Shown here: in pieces, positions 25,681 through 42,338 of the stretch
How the letters are laid out: the number at the start of each line of letters is the position of its first letter
How positions within the stretch are numbered: position 1 is the stretch's first letter
NCBI GenBank assembly: GCA_951406725.2
Contig: OX597832.1
Coordinates: 19,840,001 to 19,904,000 of the forward strand
From: Octopus vulgaris
Lineage: Eukaryota
Reading direction: 5' to 3'
DNA: 64,000 bases
Made by a program: the position numbers and the translations under genes
Notes under the pieces: generated by a model
What the model saw: the letters and a program-made list of their open reading frames with translations, nothing else
Databases searched by the model: none
What the model was told of the DNA's origin: nothing

Positions 25681-25997
25681 TATGTGTGATGCTGTGCTTG
25701 TATTGTGCGTGTTGCGTGTGGCTATGATGTCGTGTGTGAGTGTCTCTATGTGTTTGCGTGATTCTCTGTGCGTGTGTGTTTCGATATATGTCGTCCGTAT
25801 ACGTCTGTTTTATGCATTCGTTGTAAGCGAGTAGTGTGTCCAATGTACAAGAAAACGGTTAGCTGCATTGTGAAATAAAAATTTGAAAGAAAAAACAAAG
25901 ACAGAAAAGAAGAGTGTGAACAAGGGAAATGGAGAAAGACAATGAACGAGACAGATTAAGTGAAAGAGAATGTGGAGGTGGGAGAGTGCATGACAGC

Positions 25998-26048
<51 letters not shown>

Positions 26049-26407
26049 GGAGTGACAGAGATAGAGGTAAAACTAAAATGATGTGTGTGAGAGAATGTAC
26101 GAGACTATGGTAGTGGCTATGTGAAAATAAAGCATGAAAAAATAAAGAGAGAGAGAGCCCAAGAATAACAGTTATTGCGTTGAAGAATGTATCAGAGTTC
26201 CAAAGAAAAGGATGAAAAACAGAGGAGATGATATGAGAGAAGAATGTATATATATATTTACACACACACCCACACATCCACACACCATCACACACATGCA
26301 TATATATGCTTATATATGTATATTTATATATATATAGAAATATATATTAGACATGGCCTGGTCCAATCTTTGGTCGAAACATGCCAACATTTTTTTATGT
26401 ATATATA

Positions 26408-26443
<36 letters not shown>

Positions 26444-26658
26444 TGTATGTATGTATATATGTATGTATGTATGTATGTATCTATGTATGTATTTATGTAT
26501 ATATGTATGTATATATATATATATATTTATGTATATATGTATATATATATGTATATATGAAAATGTATATACATATGCAATATATATATGTATGTGTGTG
26601 GGTAAATATATATATATATATATATATACATATAAATACATACGTATGCATACATACA

Positions 26659-26697
<39 letters not shown>

Positions 26698-27623
26698 GTG
26701 TATATGTACGTATATATATATGTTTGTGTGTATGTATTGCGTATATGTGTATGCATAGTAACTTTCTCGATAGTCAGTTGTAGTTTCATTCTTAAAATCT
26801 AAACTAAGTACCAAGCGCTCAAATATTCGTTTCTGTCAATACACACACAGACATGCACACACACACACACACCTACACAAGAGCAAATTCACACACACAC
26901 AAACACATACACGCGTATGTGCTCACGAATGCGTCGGTCTATATGTGAGACGGATGTTTATATGCACATACAGAGATAGTGTGTGTGAGCGTATGTGTGA
27001 GTGCTTGTGTGTTAGTGTGTGTATATATATATATATGTATATGTGTGTGTGTGTGTTTGTATGTACGAGAGAGAAACTGAAAGTGAAAGTAGATTGAATG
27101 AGAATAAATGAGAGACTGTATGAGTGAGTGACAGAAGAAATGCAATAATGTTAAAATATAGAAGATAAGTTATACAGCGAGAATGATTGAAAGAAGGAGA
27201 GAAGCGTGAGAAAGGAAGACAAAATATAGTGAAAAAGATAGAGAGCGAGAGTGAGAGAGAGAGTGAAAGAAAGAGAGAAAGAATCAGAAAAAGAGGGGGA
27301 ACAATGATGGAATGATAGACAAGAGCGTGCATAATTGGAAGTCTAACAATTATGCTATCTCATTCTTTCGCGGATTCCTCGCTTCTCATTCATCACACTT
27401 TTCTTCGATGCTCATTAACTGATATCACCATACACACACACACATACACATATGCACTTAAATACACGTACACACAAGCGCGCATGCGCGCGCAGAAATA
27501 TACATTTATGTGTATATATTTGTATGCACGAGCACATATGTGTTTGTATCTGCTGAGTTTTTCCATATCGTTATGGTAGTACATATACATTTACTTACTT
27601 ATCTATTTATCAATCTATCTATC

Positions 27624-27684
<61 letters not shown>

Positions 27685-27855
27685 GTCTATCTATCTATCT
27701 ATCTATCTATCTAACTATCTATCTATCTGTCTATCCGTGTGTGTGCGTGCGTGGGTGTGTATATATATGTATATATATATATATTTACCTATACATATGT
27801 GTTTGTGCGTGTTTATTTCCACCAGTCCCCGCGTGTGTGAGTATGTGTGTATATA

Positions 27856-27906
<51 letters not shown>

Positions 27907-27995
27907 GTACATGTATATATGTGTGTGTGTATATATTTATATATGTGTATACAGAGAGAAGAGAGAAAGGGAAAGAGGCAGAGACCGAAAGTGAA

Positions 27996-28066
<71 letters not shown>

Positions 28067-28622
28067 CATGGAGAGACTCACATAGAGACCCTTAAAAAAA
28101 TCGTATTCATAACGCTTTAGTCTTACAGAAAAATATTCCCCTCGTTCTGGAATTTTTGTTTCTTATTTTCCTGAAGATTTCCAAGATCTATCATAATTAG
28201 GACAGGAATACTCACACACTCGCACAGTCACTCACTCACACACACAGACACATACATACATACATACATACATACATACATACATACATACATACATACA
28301 TACATACATACATACATACGCTGTATCACTCGCTAACACACACAAATACAAGAACACAAACACACATGCTAGCATACACACACAATCTGATATACACAAA
28401 AATAGATATAGCTATTGGTCCATCGTATGTGTGTGTGTGTGTGTGTGTGTGTCTGTATGTGTGCGCGTTTGTGCAAATGTGTGCATATGCATGCACTTAT
28501 GCATACGTACTTACATATACATACATCTTCTAGCCAGGATATATATATATATATATATATATATCGTGGCAAGTTGATGTTTGTATATGTCAGTATACAT
28601 CATATATAAATATATATATGTG

Positions 28623-28701
<79 letters not shown>

Positions 28702-28847
28702 TATTTAAACCCACATAGTAAGAGTTGGAAGGGAGCTAAACCCACATTATCCCCACATGTATACACACATACACACACACAGACACACTTTCAAGCATAC
28801 GTATCTCCGCAATCACATAGGCACACGTCCATCGATATAGCCATACA

Positions 28848-28901
<54 letters not shown>

Positions 28902-29340
28902 AAAATAGATATATCAAGTAAACAAACAATGATATTAGCCGTGGATTTGATAGTAATTGCACTCATCATAGCAAGATATGCAAACGCGTAGATATTGTAT
29001 AGGCCATGCAGATTCTTCACAGTGGCTAACATAGAAATCTATATCGGCGAATGATAGTTCGTGCGTTAGCATTTGTAGAGGTAATATATAGAATGAGGTG
29101 AGTTGAAGGCGTGTAATGATTTATGTAGCTATATAGTATGGTATGTAAATAAAACAGATTGCATTTAATGAATGCAAATTGAGAATGAGAAATGTTTATG
29201 AATGTTGCTGTATGGATGTGTGGATGGATTCATGGATGGATGAATGGACGGTTGTGTGTATATGTGTGTGTATATGCGTATCGGTGTGTGTGTGTTTGTC
29301 TGTGTGTATTTGTGTGCTTGTCTACATGTGTGATGTGCTG

Positions 29341-29385
<45 letters not shown>

Positions 29386-30373
29386 ATTTGTTTGTGAGAG
29401 AGGGAGACAGTGAAAGAGAGAGAGAGAGAAAGTGAGAGAGAGAGAGAGAGAGAAGAGAGAATGTATATCTATGTGCGTTTGGAGAAATGCAAGTATAGTT
29501 GCACACACACATTTTTTGTTCCTCTCTCTCTCTCTCTATCTCTATTTACCTGTCTATCAATATCACTGCCTCTCTGTCAGTCTCTTTCTCACCCTTCTAC
29601 TCTCTCTCTCTCTCTCTCTATCTATCTCTATTTCCCTTACTCCAAGCATATATATGTGCGTATGTGTGTATAATAAAAACAGTTACTGTACTCCAGTATA
29701 TAACAACACACACACATATATATATATAATATATGTATGTATTTGCAAATATATATGTGTAGAAGTATACGTATCATAATATTGATATATATATATATTT
29801 GTACGTATATATATATGTGTGTGTGTTTGTGTGTGTATGGGAGGGGGTTAAAGAGAGAGAAGAGAGGAGAACAGATTATTGGAGAGATTGATTTACACGC
29901 ATAACTATATGTATATCACACAAACACACATAGAAACATGCACACATATAAAAAATCATATCAGCATAGAGACATATAGATCGAATTATTCGTATATAAA
30001 GTTACGAAGCGACTCTACCATCACTAATACCTTACACTACCCTCCATAAACATATACATGCATAAAAAACACGCATACATAGTTAAATGAATGCGTATTA
30101 CATCTACACAAACATGTGTAAAGTACAGCGTTACTGAATGAAGAAAACATATTGAAAAATTATTACAGAATTTCAGAATGCGACATATTAGTAAAAACGA
30201 ACATTGAATGTTTTATTTGCTCACGTCGCGTTTATACCCAAACTGACATCGAATTCTCACAATCAAACATTCATTAAGCAAATCAGTAGGTAACATAACA
30301 ATTTGCTGTAATCTGTCACTACTTCACGCTTGCTGTCTTAATATTTACATGCCTATACAATCCTCAGCACATG

Positions 30374-30478
<105 letters not shown>

Positions 30479-30492
30479 ATATATATGTATTA

Positions 30493-30551
<59 letters not shown>

Positions 30552-30657
30552 TGCACACATCGTGCACATGAAGTACACACGCATATGCATATTATATGTA
30601 CGATCTATATGTATATATATATATATATATATAATATATATATATACATACATATAC

Positions 30658-30709
<52 letters not shown>

Positions 30710-31235
30710 ATATGTGTATATAAATATATATATATATTTATACACACAAAGGGAGAGGGAGTTAGGTAAATAAATATAAAAGGGATAAGTAGCTATATGG
30801 GGAGACAAACAGATAGCCAGATACAAATATACACACATAATTATCCAACTTCACAGCCACATATATGCAAATATGCATACATCCATAAACCCATTCATCT
30901 GTTTATTCATCTATCCATCCATCCATCCCGCCCTCAATCCATCCGTCCATCCATTCATCCATAGATGCATACAGGCATACATCCATCACAAGTAAACCAT
31001 GATGGCACGACTGGAATGGAGCAAATAAGATGCAAGAGAACCCTATCATAGCTTACACCTCACACTTGCATCGGGATTGAAAAGTAAAATTTGCTGATCC
31101 ATCATATTGTGACACTTTAGCCTTACTAAAGGGATCGGGAATTTGCTCTGTATGGAGAAGTATAGGGTTTTATAAGAGGACCTTCAATCATATACACTAC
31201 ACACTTTCAAATGACTTAATATGTGCTCGGCTAAC

Positions 31236-31605
<370 letters not shown>

Positions 31606-31608
<3 letters not shown>

Positions 31609-31826
31609 CCTTTCTTCTATAGGCACAAGGCCTGGAATTGTGGAGAGGGACTAGTCGATTACATCGACCCATATACTTCACTGGAACTTAATTTATCGCC
31701 CTCCAATCCCGGATGGATGAAAAGCACAGTCGACCTCGTCGGAGTTTGAACTCGGAACGTAGCGTTGGGTGAAGTTCCGCTAAGCACTTCGCCCACGTGC
31801 TAATGATTCTACCTGTTCGCCGCCTT
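31606..31826 (-). mobile_element. SINE A monomer (short tail) between two (AAT)n tracts
   Basis: aatcctttcttctataggcacaaggcctgg...gtcgacctcgtcggagtttgaactcggaacg...ttcgccgcc. Confidence 0.85.
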
Positions 31827-31844
31827 AATAATAATAATAATAAT

Positions 31845-31908
<64 letters not shown>

Positions 31909-32165
31909 GTAATACAATTGTAATAATAATAATAATAATAACTATAAAAAATAATAATATATCTTCACTATAAATATTTTGTTGTTGTTATTGTTATTGC
32001 TATTATTGTTATTATTATTATTATTATTAATATTATTATTATTATTACTACTACTATTATTATTATTATTATTATTATTACTACTACTATTACTATTGTT
32101 GTTGTTATTATTACTATTATTGTTATTCTTGTTGTTATTAATATTGTTATTATTATTACTGTTAT
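31827..32165. repeat. Facing (AAT)n and (TTA/TTG)n tracts
   Basis: (AAT)n at 31827-31942 followed by the complementary (TTA)n at 31980-32165. Confidence 0.9.
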
Positions 32166-32262
32166 AATTGATGTTGATATTCATGTTCCATACTGTTATT
32201 ATTTATTTTATGGTTATTGTTTTGCAATGCTGATATTTTATATTGTTCTTTTTTTATTCCAG

Positions 32263-32304
32263 AGCAACTGAAGAAATGGATCTGAATAACACCACATGGA
32301 ATTG
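32263..32304 (+). other. Candidate 42-nt exon
   Basis: Acceptor tattgttctttttttattccag and donor TTG|gtaaaa. Only one open frame (ATEEMDLNNTTWN); contains GAAATGG in good Kozak context. Confidence 0.5.
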
Positions 32305-32416
32305 GTAAAAAAAAAAAGAGAGCAATACTAAGCAAAGATTAGCTTAATCTATATTCTAATGTATATAAGCATGCATTGCAATTGTCCCTATATAGAGAAA
32401 GGCAGTCATATATACA

Positions 32417-32447
<31 letters not shown>

Positions 32448-32506
32448 ACTTGGATGAATATAGGAGTAAAGATACAAATGCAGAGGATTAAGGAATCTTA
32501 TTCAAA

Positions 32507-32909
32507 GTGGCTGTGTGGTAAGTAGGTTGCTTATGAACCACATGGTTCCGAGTTCAGTCCCACTGTGTGGCACCTTGGGCAAATGTCTTCAACTATAGCC
32601 TCGGGCCGACCAAATCCTTGTGAGTGGATTTGGTAGACGGAAACTGAAAGAAACCCGTCGTATATATGTATATATAAGTATATGTATGTGTGTGTTTGTG
32701 TGTCTGTATTTGTTCCCCTAGCATCGCTTGACAACCGATGCTGGTGTGTTTACGTCCCCGTCACATAGCGGTTCGGCAAAAGAGACCGATAGAATAAGTA
32801 TTGGGCTTACAAAGAATAAGTCTCGTGGTCGATTTGCTCGACTAAAGGCGGTGCTCCACATGGCCGCTGTCAAATGACTGAAACAAGTAAAAGAGTAAAG
32901 AGTAAAAGA

Positions 32910-32946
<37 letters not shown>

Positions 32947-33217
32947 CGTGTGTGTGTGTGTGTGTGTATGTGTGTGCGTGTGTGTGTCTGTGTGTGTGTT
33001 TGTGTGTATGTGTGTGTATATATTTGTGTGTCTGTGTTTGTCCCCCCAACACCACTTGACAACCGATGCTGTTGTGTTTACGTCCTTGTAACTTAGCGGT
33101 TCGACCTATAGAATAAGAGACCTATAGAATAAGTCCTGGGGTCGATTTGCTCGACCAAAGGCGGTACTCCAGCATGGCCACATTCAAATGACTGAAACAA
33201 GTAAAAGAGTAAAAGAG
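32507..33217 (+). mobile_element. SINE B full copy (32507-32910) followed by a second 3' half (33025-33217)
   Basis: Head gtggctgtgtggtaagtag...ggttccgagttcagtccc; the tail ending in (gtaaaaga)n occurs twice, separated by (TA)n/(TG)n. Confidence 0.92.
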
Positions 33218-33361
33218 TGCATATATGCAAATGTGCATATATGCAAATGTGCATATATGCACACAAAATCATTTGTATTCATATGTTTGTATTTATATAG
33301 GTATACACATATGTATGAGATACATATGGGACTGTGTATAAATATGCATTTATATATACAC

Positions 33362-33423
<62 letters not shown>

Positions 33424-33596
33424 GCTTATGAGTGCACAGGTGCGTTTATGTGTGCGCGTGCGTCTGTGTGTGTGCGTATGTTTTTGTGAGTGTGAGTTAA
33501 TATGTGTGTGTGTCTGAGCTGCACACAAGAATCTCATAAAAACCAATATTTTGAAGGGATTACCAAAGAAATTATTCCGATGGTATTATTGGCTTT

Positions 33597-33620
33597 AATA
33601 ATAATAATGATTATGATGAT

Positions 33621-33705
<85 letters not shown>

Positions 33706-33875
33706 TTAATAATAATAATATTAAAAATAATAATAACAATCCTTTCTACTAAAGGCACACGACCTAGAATTTTGAGTGTAGGGGCTAGTCGATTTTATCA
33801 ACCCCCGTGTTTCACTGGTACTTAATTTATGGACCCCCAAAAAATGGAAGGCAAAGTCAACCTCAATGAAATTCC
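33597..33875 (-). mobile_element. SINE A 3' part with expanded (ATT)n tail
   Basis: (AAT)n at 33597-33740, then aatcctttctactaaaggcacac...ctagtcgattttatcaacccc...ggtacttaatttat...ggcaaagtcaacctc. Confidence 0.8.
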
Positions 33876-34026
33876 AAAGCGCAAAGTATATATATATATC
33901 GAAATTACTACGATGATCGGGTTCTTGACTGAGGACTCAGGGCTTCGAATGTCCTATCTGTGTTTGTTGTATCGTCTTCTAAGTGTTATGCGTTCTTGTC
34001 ACAGTTTGTATATTTTTTTACATATC

Positions 34027-34073
<47 letters not shown>

Positions 34074-34436
34074 GTATGTGTGTGTGTGTATGCGAGTGTG
34101 TGTATTTATATACGTATATATGTACATCTATACATATATATATAGATACATACATATGCATATATATTTAGAGATATGGCTTTATTGACATATTTCTATA
34201 GATACAGACACACATATACATATGTACGCACGCAAAAGCCCCTTCTCTCTGTTGTAAACTTATAGACAACAATTTTCTGTATTTGTTGTTATGCTACAGT
34301 AGATTGAAAAACATTCGTAGTTTCGCGAATTAGGACAAAGAATAGAATTGAGATGAAGGACAAAAACAGATGTCAAGATATATAAATATAAATTAGCTTA
34401 TATGAAACATGTAAATTTTCCATAATTGAAACTCTT

Positions 34437-34521
34437 TATTATTATTATCATTATTATTATTATTATGATTATTATTATTATTATTATTATTATTATTGTT
34501 ATTATTATTATTATTATTACT

Positions 34522-34607
<86 letters not shown>

Positions 34608-34620
34608 AATCATCATCATT

Positions 34621-34682
<62 letters not shown>

Positions 34683-34700
34683 CATCATCATCAGCAGCAT

Positions 34701-34733
<33 letters not shown>

Positions 34734-34808
34734 AATCATTATTATTATTATTATTATTATCATCATCATCATCATAATCATCGTCGTCATCGTTATTATT
34801 ATTGTTAT
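34437..34808. repeat. Compound (ATT)n-(ATC)n microsatellite
   Basis: Seen directly; it explains the poly-D/N/I/M ORFs. Confidence 0.95.
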
Positions 34809-35423
34809 AGATGTAAAGCAATTAGCCCCTTCTCCCAAAATTTAAAGCCTTTTGCCCTTTGGTAGAAAGGGTCGTTCTTATCATTTTATTATGAATCCAG
34901 TTATTTTGAGCACACATGTAAAGACACGGCATAGTGACATATGCCTTTGTTTCTGACCCGTGGACTGTGTCAGTACGCAACGTTACAATGTGTTGCGCTA
35001 TTGTAATATAACACTGCTGAACGTCTTTGTGTAGACTAGTGTATCCACCAAAATGAAGGTACATATATCTCAGAATGCACTGGCAGGAACACACTGATTC
35101 CAGGAATAGAATTAGATATATATCTATCACCTAACATTCCGTTGTTATCTCCTCTTTCTTCTTACACTTCTTTTACTTCTCTGAGTAATACAGACTACTA
35201 TCCGACGATAAGCTATGCTCGAAACGTTTGAATTTATACGTTTAATTTTTATACAGAAACATTTAACAATCGTCAAATTAATCATATCCACTTTTTAAGT
35301 CGCTTTCATTTTTGTTGTTTTAGTTGTTCAATTCGCCATAGGTTATCGATTTGGGTATATATGCATCTCATGCACATCCTATACATTCATAAACACATGT
35401 ATATTTATGTGTAATTGTATGTA

Positions 35424-35473
<50 letters not shown>

Positions 35474-35488
35474 GTGTGTGTGTGTGTG

Positions 35489-35548
35489 TATTTATATATA
35501 TAGATGTATATATATACAGATAGATAGATAGATATATGTATATATATA

Positions 35549-35580
<32 letters not shown>

Positions 35581-35664
35581 CATTATACGTTACCGCATAT
35601 ATATGCATCCATATAGAAATATTTGTCTATATCTGTATTTATATATATAGATGTATATATATAC

Positions 35665-35697
<33 letters not shown>

Positions 35698-35775
35698 TAT
35701 GTATATATATATATATATATATACATTATACGTTACCGCATATATATGCATCCATATAGAAATATTTGTCTATAT
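35489..35775. repeat. Tandem duplication, ~145-bp unit x2
   Basis: cattatacgttaccgcatatatatgcatccatatagaaatatttgtctatatc is identical at 35581 and 35724. Confidence 0.92.
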
Positions 35776-36223
35776 CAGTGTGTACATATATATACATATA
35801 TATGTATATGTATATATACATACATATATATATACATGTCTATATACATACACATGCTTATATGCGCATGTATATATATACATATATACCAGCAAACACA
35901 CATATACATACACTCACTCACTCACATACACAAACACGTATACATGCATAAATACATGCATACAAATATTCAAATATATATACATAAAAACATGTATTTA
36001 TATACGTTACAAACCTAGTATAGGAACTACATATGTTAGAAATAGCAGCCAAATCTCCTTCTATTACGCATCTTGTGTATTACCTTAGGGGAAGGATTCA
36101 TTTAAATTTATTATCCTAGATAATCCACTGGGGATACCTTACATTAAACTTCAAAGAATATATGGCTGCATGTCTAATACGTTTACTGTTAAATATGTTA
36201 AAATCATTCTAGGAGATAATCCG

Positions 36224-36312
<89 letters not shown>

Positions 36313-36693
36313 AGAATAAAAATAAAAATTGCATAATAAGATAAAAAACCAAGGGTGTATAGATATTAGAGGATTTATTGATAATATATATATATATGTG
36401 TGTGTGTATGTGTGTGTATAAATGTACGTATGTGCACAGAGTAAGGTATTCTAATTTATTAAATAGGATTTTATCATTTGCTGTATCTAGGATGATAATT
36501 TTTACACGTAATGCTTCGGCAAATACTAGTATTTATTTCATAAAATATCCTACATATACTCAGAGACATCTCCAACGTGCATCTCCTCATATGAGATTAT
36601 ATATATCATATGCACATACATAGTATAAATGCAAGTCTATTTGTGTATTGCAAATGCATGTACATCTTACATATATGTATAAACAATATATAT

Positions 36694-37076
36694 CTCCTTT
36701 ACTCTTTTAATTGTTTCAGTCATTTGACTGCGGCTATGCTGGAGCACCGGTACTTATTCTTTGTAAGCCCAGTACTTATTCTATCGGTCTGTTTTGCCGA
36801 ACCGCTAAGTGACGGGGACACAAACACACCAGCATTAGTTATCAAGCAATGCTGGGGGACAAACACAGACACACAAACACACACGCACACACACATATAT
36901 ATATATACATATATACGACGGGCTTCTTTCAGTTTCCGTCTACCAAATCCACTCACAAGTCTTTGGTCGGCCCGAGGCTATAGTAGAAGACACTTGCCTA
37001 AGGTGCCATGCAGTGGGACTGAACCCGGAACCATGTGGTTGGTAAGCAAGCTACTTACCACACAGTCACTCGTGCA

Positions 37077-37079
<3 letters not shown>
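36694..37079 (-). mobile_element. SINE B, near full length
   Basis: Reverse complement of the element at 32507-32910 with high similarity. Confidence 0.92.
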
Positions 37080-37150
<71 letters not shown>

Positions 37151-37158
37151 TAGATAGA

Positions 37159-37190
<32 letters not shown>

Positions 37191-37243
37191 TAGACACATA
37201 TGTACAGAGTGCTTGGTTGATACTTTGATAATACGTACGTTCA

Positions 37244-37294
<51 letters not shown>

Positions 37295-37456
37295 GTACGG
37301 TCATTCATCTGCTTGTGTATATTATGACGTGTAGGAGTGCGCGTGTCTGCGTGCTTCGGAGCTACTTTCACTTTCAGCCGCTTAGGGCGGAGCTGATGCC
37401 TTCAAACCATATTCATAGATACGCTATAGTTCCACAGACTGAACTGGTGTATATGA

Positions 37457-37501
<45 letters not shown>

Positions 37502-37533
37502 TTTATGTGTATAGGTAAAAAATAAATACAATC

Positions 37534-37564
<31 letters not shown>

Positions 37565-37569
37565 CACAT

Positions 37570-37622
<53 letters not shown>

Positions 37623-38201
37623 CCTACATATTGACTGCATCCATACAGGTATGCATCTTTGTGTGTGCGTTTGTGAATGTGAGTGTCTGTGTGTGTGTGT
37701 ATGTGTGAGTGTAGGATGAAATGTATGTATGTATATTTAATTTGTGTTGTATAAACCAATTTATATTAACTTGTATAATAAAAACAACCCTGAAATATCG
37801 CTCTTGCTACCTTGCTCTGTCCCTCTGTCGACGGACACCTCATACCATACAAGCAAACGATTAAACGCGCACACATACATTTGCAATCATACATACACTC
37901 ATGTATATATGTGTGTGTGTGCGCATGTATGCATGTATATATATGTATATTTATATATTTATATATGTCTATACACATTATATATATATATATTTATATA
38001 TGTCTTTATATATACATATACACATATATATATGGAGAGAGAGAGAGAGAAGGAGAAAGAAATAGATAGATAGATAGATAGACAGATAGACAGATATTCA
38101 TGTATATATATTTACTTATACATGCGTGTATATATATATAAATATGTACGTGTGCATATTTATATATATATGGTGGGTATAAATATATATTTATATATAT
38201 A

Positions 38202-38286
<85 letters not shown>

Positions 38287-38586
38287 GGGTTTACCTGTGT
38301 GTGTGTGTAAGGAGGAATGCGAATGTATAATGATAAATGCAACATCCTACTTAACAAAATTACTCTATTCTAAAACATACACTTTCCATAACTTAAAAAA
38401 AACATAAGGATACAATTACATATGCATAAAGGATATGCATACAAATACACACACACATACACACAGACTTTTCCATATCGAAACAGATCCTTGCATGCAC
38501 ACAGACACACATACGTGTGTGTGTGTGCTCGAGAGAGAGTGTGCACGCGTGGCCACGTCTATGTGTTTCTCTGTGTACATGTGTAG

Positions 38587-38626
<40 letters not shown>

Positions 38627-38865
38627 ATGCGTATGTATATGTGATAGAAACTCTTTTGGATGTAGTTATCTACACAATTAGAGTGCTATATGTTGCAAAT
38701 ATAAAAACGTTGCCTCCGAGGCGTTTAAGTAAAGTAGCTAGACATTTATCTCTTTTGTTAATTTTGAGTAACGTAGAAGAAACTAATAAATTTGGAGAAA
38801 TACATTTAAATAGCCCAAATGTTTTTCTTGGGATGCAAAAATTATATCCTAACATATATAGATGG

Positions 38866-39392
<527 letters not shown>

Positions 39393-39620
39393 CAAAGCAA
39401 TGAGACCCTCTATCAATCTATAGTTTTCTCCATCTATGTATCTATGTATGTACTTATAAAACAGAATATTTCTTAATGTAAATATTCGAATATACGCTTC
39501 ACTGTCTACCTGTCTGCCCCACTGATATTTTACCCGTGTCATTCTCCCTGCCTATATGTTGTGTTCCCCCACATCTAAATATATATATAATATATATAGA
39601 TATAGATGTATGTAAATGTG

Positions 39621-39661
<41 letters not shown>

Positions 39662-39772
39662 TATATACCTACACAGCTTCATTAGTAGATACACATAAAC
39701 ACGTAAATATATGTATGTATGTATATGCATGTATATGTATATATATATATATATGTAAACATATATATACAT

Positions 39773-39825
<53 letters not shown>

Positions 39826-39990
39826 TGCATGTTTCTTTACATAGCTATATGGAAGTATAGGCCTGTGTCTCTACGCCTATATATTATTTATCAATTTTGA
39901 AATTCACAGACACACACACACACATATTTTTTAAACTATGTCTCTCTATATGTATATATATATACTCATAGAAATACATGCATCTCTATG

Positions 39991-40026
<36 letters not shown>

Positions 40027-40051
40027 TACATATATATATATACCTATATAT

Positions 40052-40103
<52 letters not shown>

Positions 40104-40327
40104 TCACACACACACACATGGATGCACGTTTGATTACGTGGTAGTTGAGTATCAAATATGCGATCCAAGATTGTAATAATACGTCGTAGATGATGCGTTG
40201 AAACTTAATCTCTTCTATTTCAAAATAAATGAGTGACCAACACTTCTTCGGAAAAATGAGGATGTGTTAAAGTTATATATACAAATATATATATAACTAT
40301 GTGTATATGTTCCCACACACACTCACG

Positions 40328-40399
<72 letters not shown>

Positions 40400-40486
40400 A
40401 AATATAAATATCTGTACTCAGCTTGATAGATACATAGGTAGACAGACAGACAGACGAATAGATGGCTAAATAGATAGATAGATAGG

Positions 40487-40578
<92 letters not shown>

Positions 40579-41563
40579 AAGATGGATAGACAGATACTGC
40601 TATTTAATATATAACGGAGGGGTACATACTTTATGGTGCGACCGAAGCTCCATATATTATTTGCAAATTGTTTTTTCTTAAATCACATAGAAATTTTTCT
40701 TAAAAATGTTATACGTATAAAATAGAAATTTACGTTACACACCCACCTTCACTCACACAAATGTATATACATATATAGTTATATACGTGTGTATATATAT
40801 AGACGCACACAATATATATGTGTGTATGTGCGTGTATATATACACATTGTGTGCGTACGCGCGTTTATGCATATTATATGTATATATATAAACTTTTAAA
40901 TTGACATATAAGAAAACTTATATTTATTTATAAATTGCATATAGAATTATGATTTATACACACACACACAGCCATGTGTGTGTTTGTATGTAAGCATTTT
41001 CGAATATATAATGATATCTATTTAACAATACTTAGACTTACATTTACATATTCTCATATATACTAACCCACACGCACTAATTAAAAAAAAAAAAACTGTA
41101 ATAACCATTGAAAGAAAGTGTAATAAGTTCAGGGAATGGGCACTGCTCATAGTTTGATATATAACAAAATATTAGTAAAATAATTTATAAAGTACGCAGA
41201 AAGGCCTCTGTGTTTGTGTGTGTGTGTTTTCTATATACGTTGTTAAACGTAAAACAATGCAACACAGAATGATACGTAATACAGGAGTATTAACTGAATA
41301 TTAAATAATTTAGTAACTGAGTTTTCTGGGGAAATTTCGAGACATCTTTAGATAATGCTACATGAAATAGATACTAATCGTATATATTTATATAAGTATA
41401 TATATATATATATATATATATATTTTTATATATTTAACATATTATATATATACACATACCCATATACTTTTACATACACACACATGTTTTCACATGCATA
41501 TTAATTATATGCTTATATACATGTATATCTATATGTGTATATCTATGTGTATGTCTATAGGCA

Positions 41564-41599
<36 letters not shown>

Positions 41600-41642
41600 C
41601 AATAAAAATGGTAAATAATTTTTCAGTGGTTTTTCATATAAC

Positions 41643-41692
<50 letters not shown>

Positions 41693-42077
41693 CATATATA
41701 CATACATATATGTACATAGATATTTATGTGTGTGTGTATAGATATATATATGTATACACACACGAATACTATATATATATATATATCAAATACCTATATA
41801 TAGCAGCGTTTGCAATATGAATTTGAAACTGTACATGAAATTCATAATTTTGTCTTGTTTAATGTTATGATACGCTTCGAATGTATTGTGTTTTATCTAC
41901 TGAAGTAAGGTATTTGGCCTTCTAAACGTTTATCTGTACAGATGCGTAAATGTAAGGGACACAACATGACTATTTTCGTTGTATGAAAACCCACGATTTT
42001 ATAAATATTGAGAATACATTTTAAAAATTTGATTGATGGTAATGTTCATAAGTATTCTCTTTTTATCTAGTTATCTG

Positions 42078-42174
<97 letters not shown>

Positions 42175-42307
42175 TTATCTATCTATCTGACTAACAATCT
42201 ATTTATCTATCTATCTATCTATTTAACTACCTTTTTGTCTGTCTGGGTCTTCTCTCTCACGCTGCTGAATACATATATAACGGGAGAGGTTGTTGTGTGT
42301 GTATATG

Positions 42308-42338
<31 letters not shown>

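Noticed and set aside
27478-27491. Palindrome gcgcgcatgcgcgc (NRF1-like)
   Set aside because: Embedded in alternating purine-pyrimidine microsatellite, where it is expected by chance.
35190-35230. Penelope-like terminal motif (gctcgaaacgt; also reverse complement at ~48745 and a similar motif at ~57025)
   Set aside because: Only a short motif. No convincing RT or GIY-YIG peptide could be read, so it was not called as a feature.
37378-37446. 69-nt exon candidate ([23 protein letters not shown])
   Set aside because: Acceptor is fair but the donor (gtgtat) is weak, and the frame needed to follow the 32263 candidate contains a stop.
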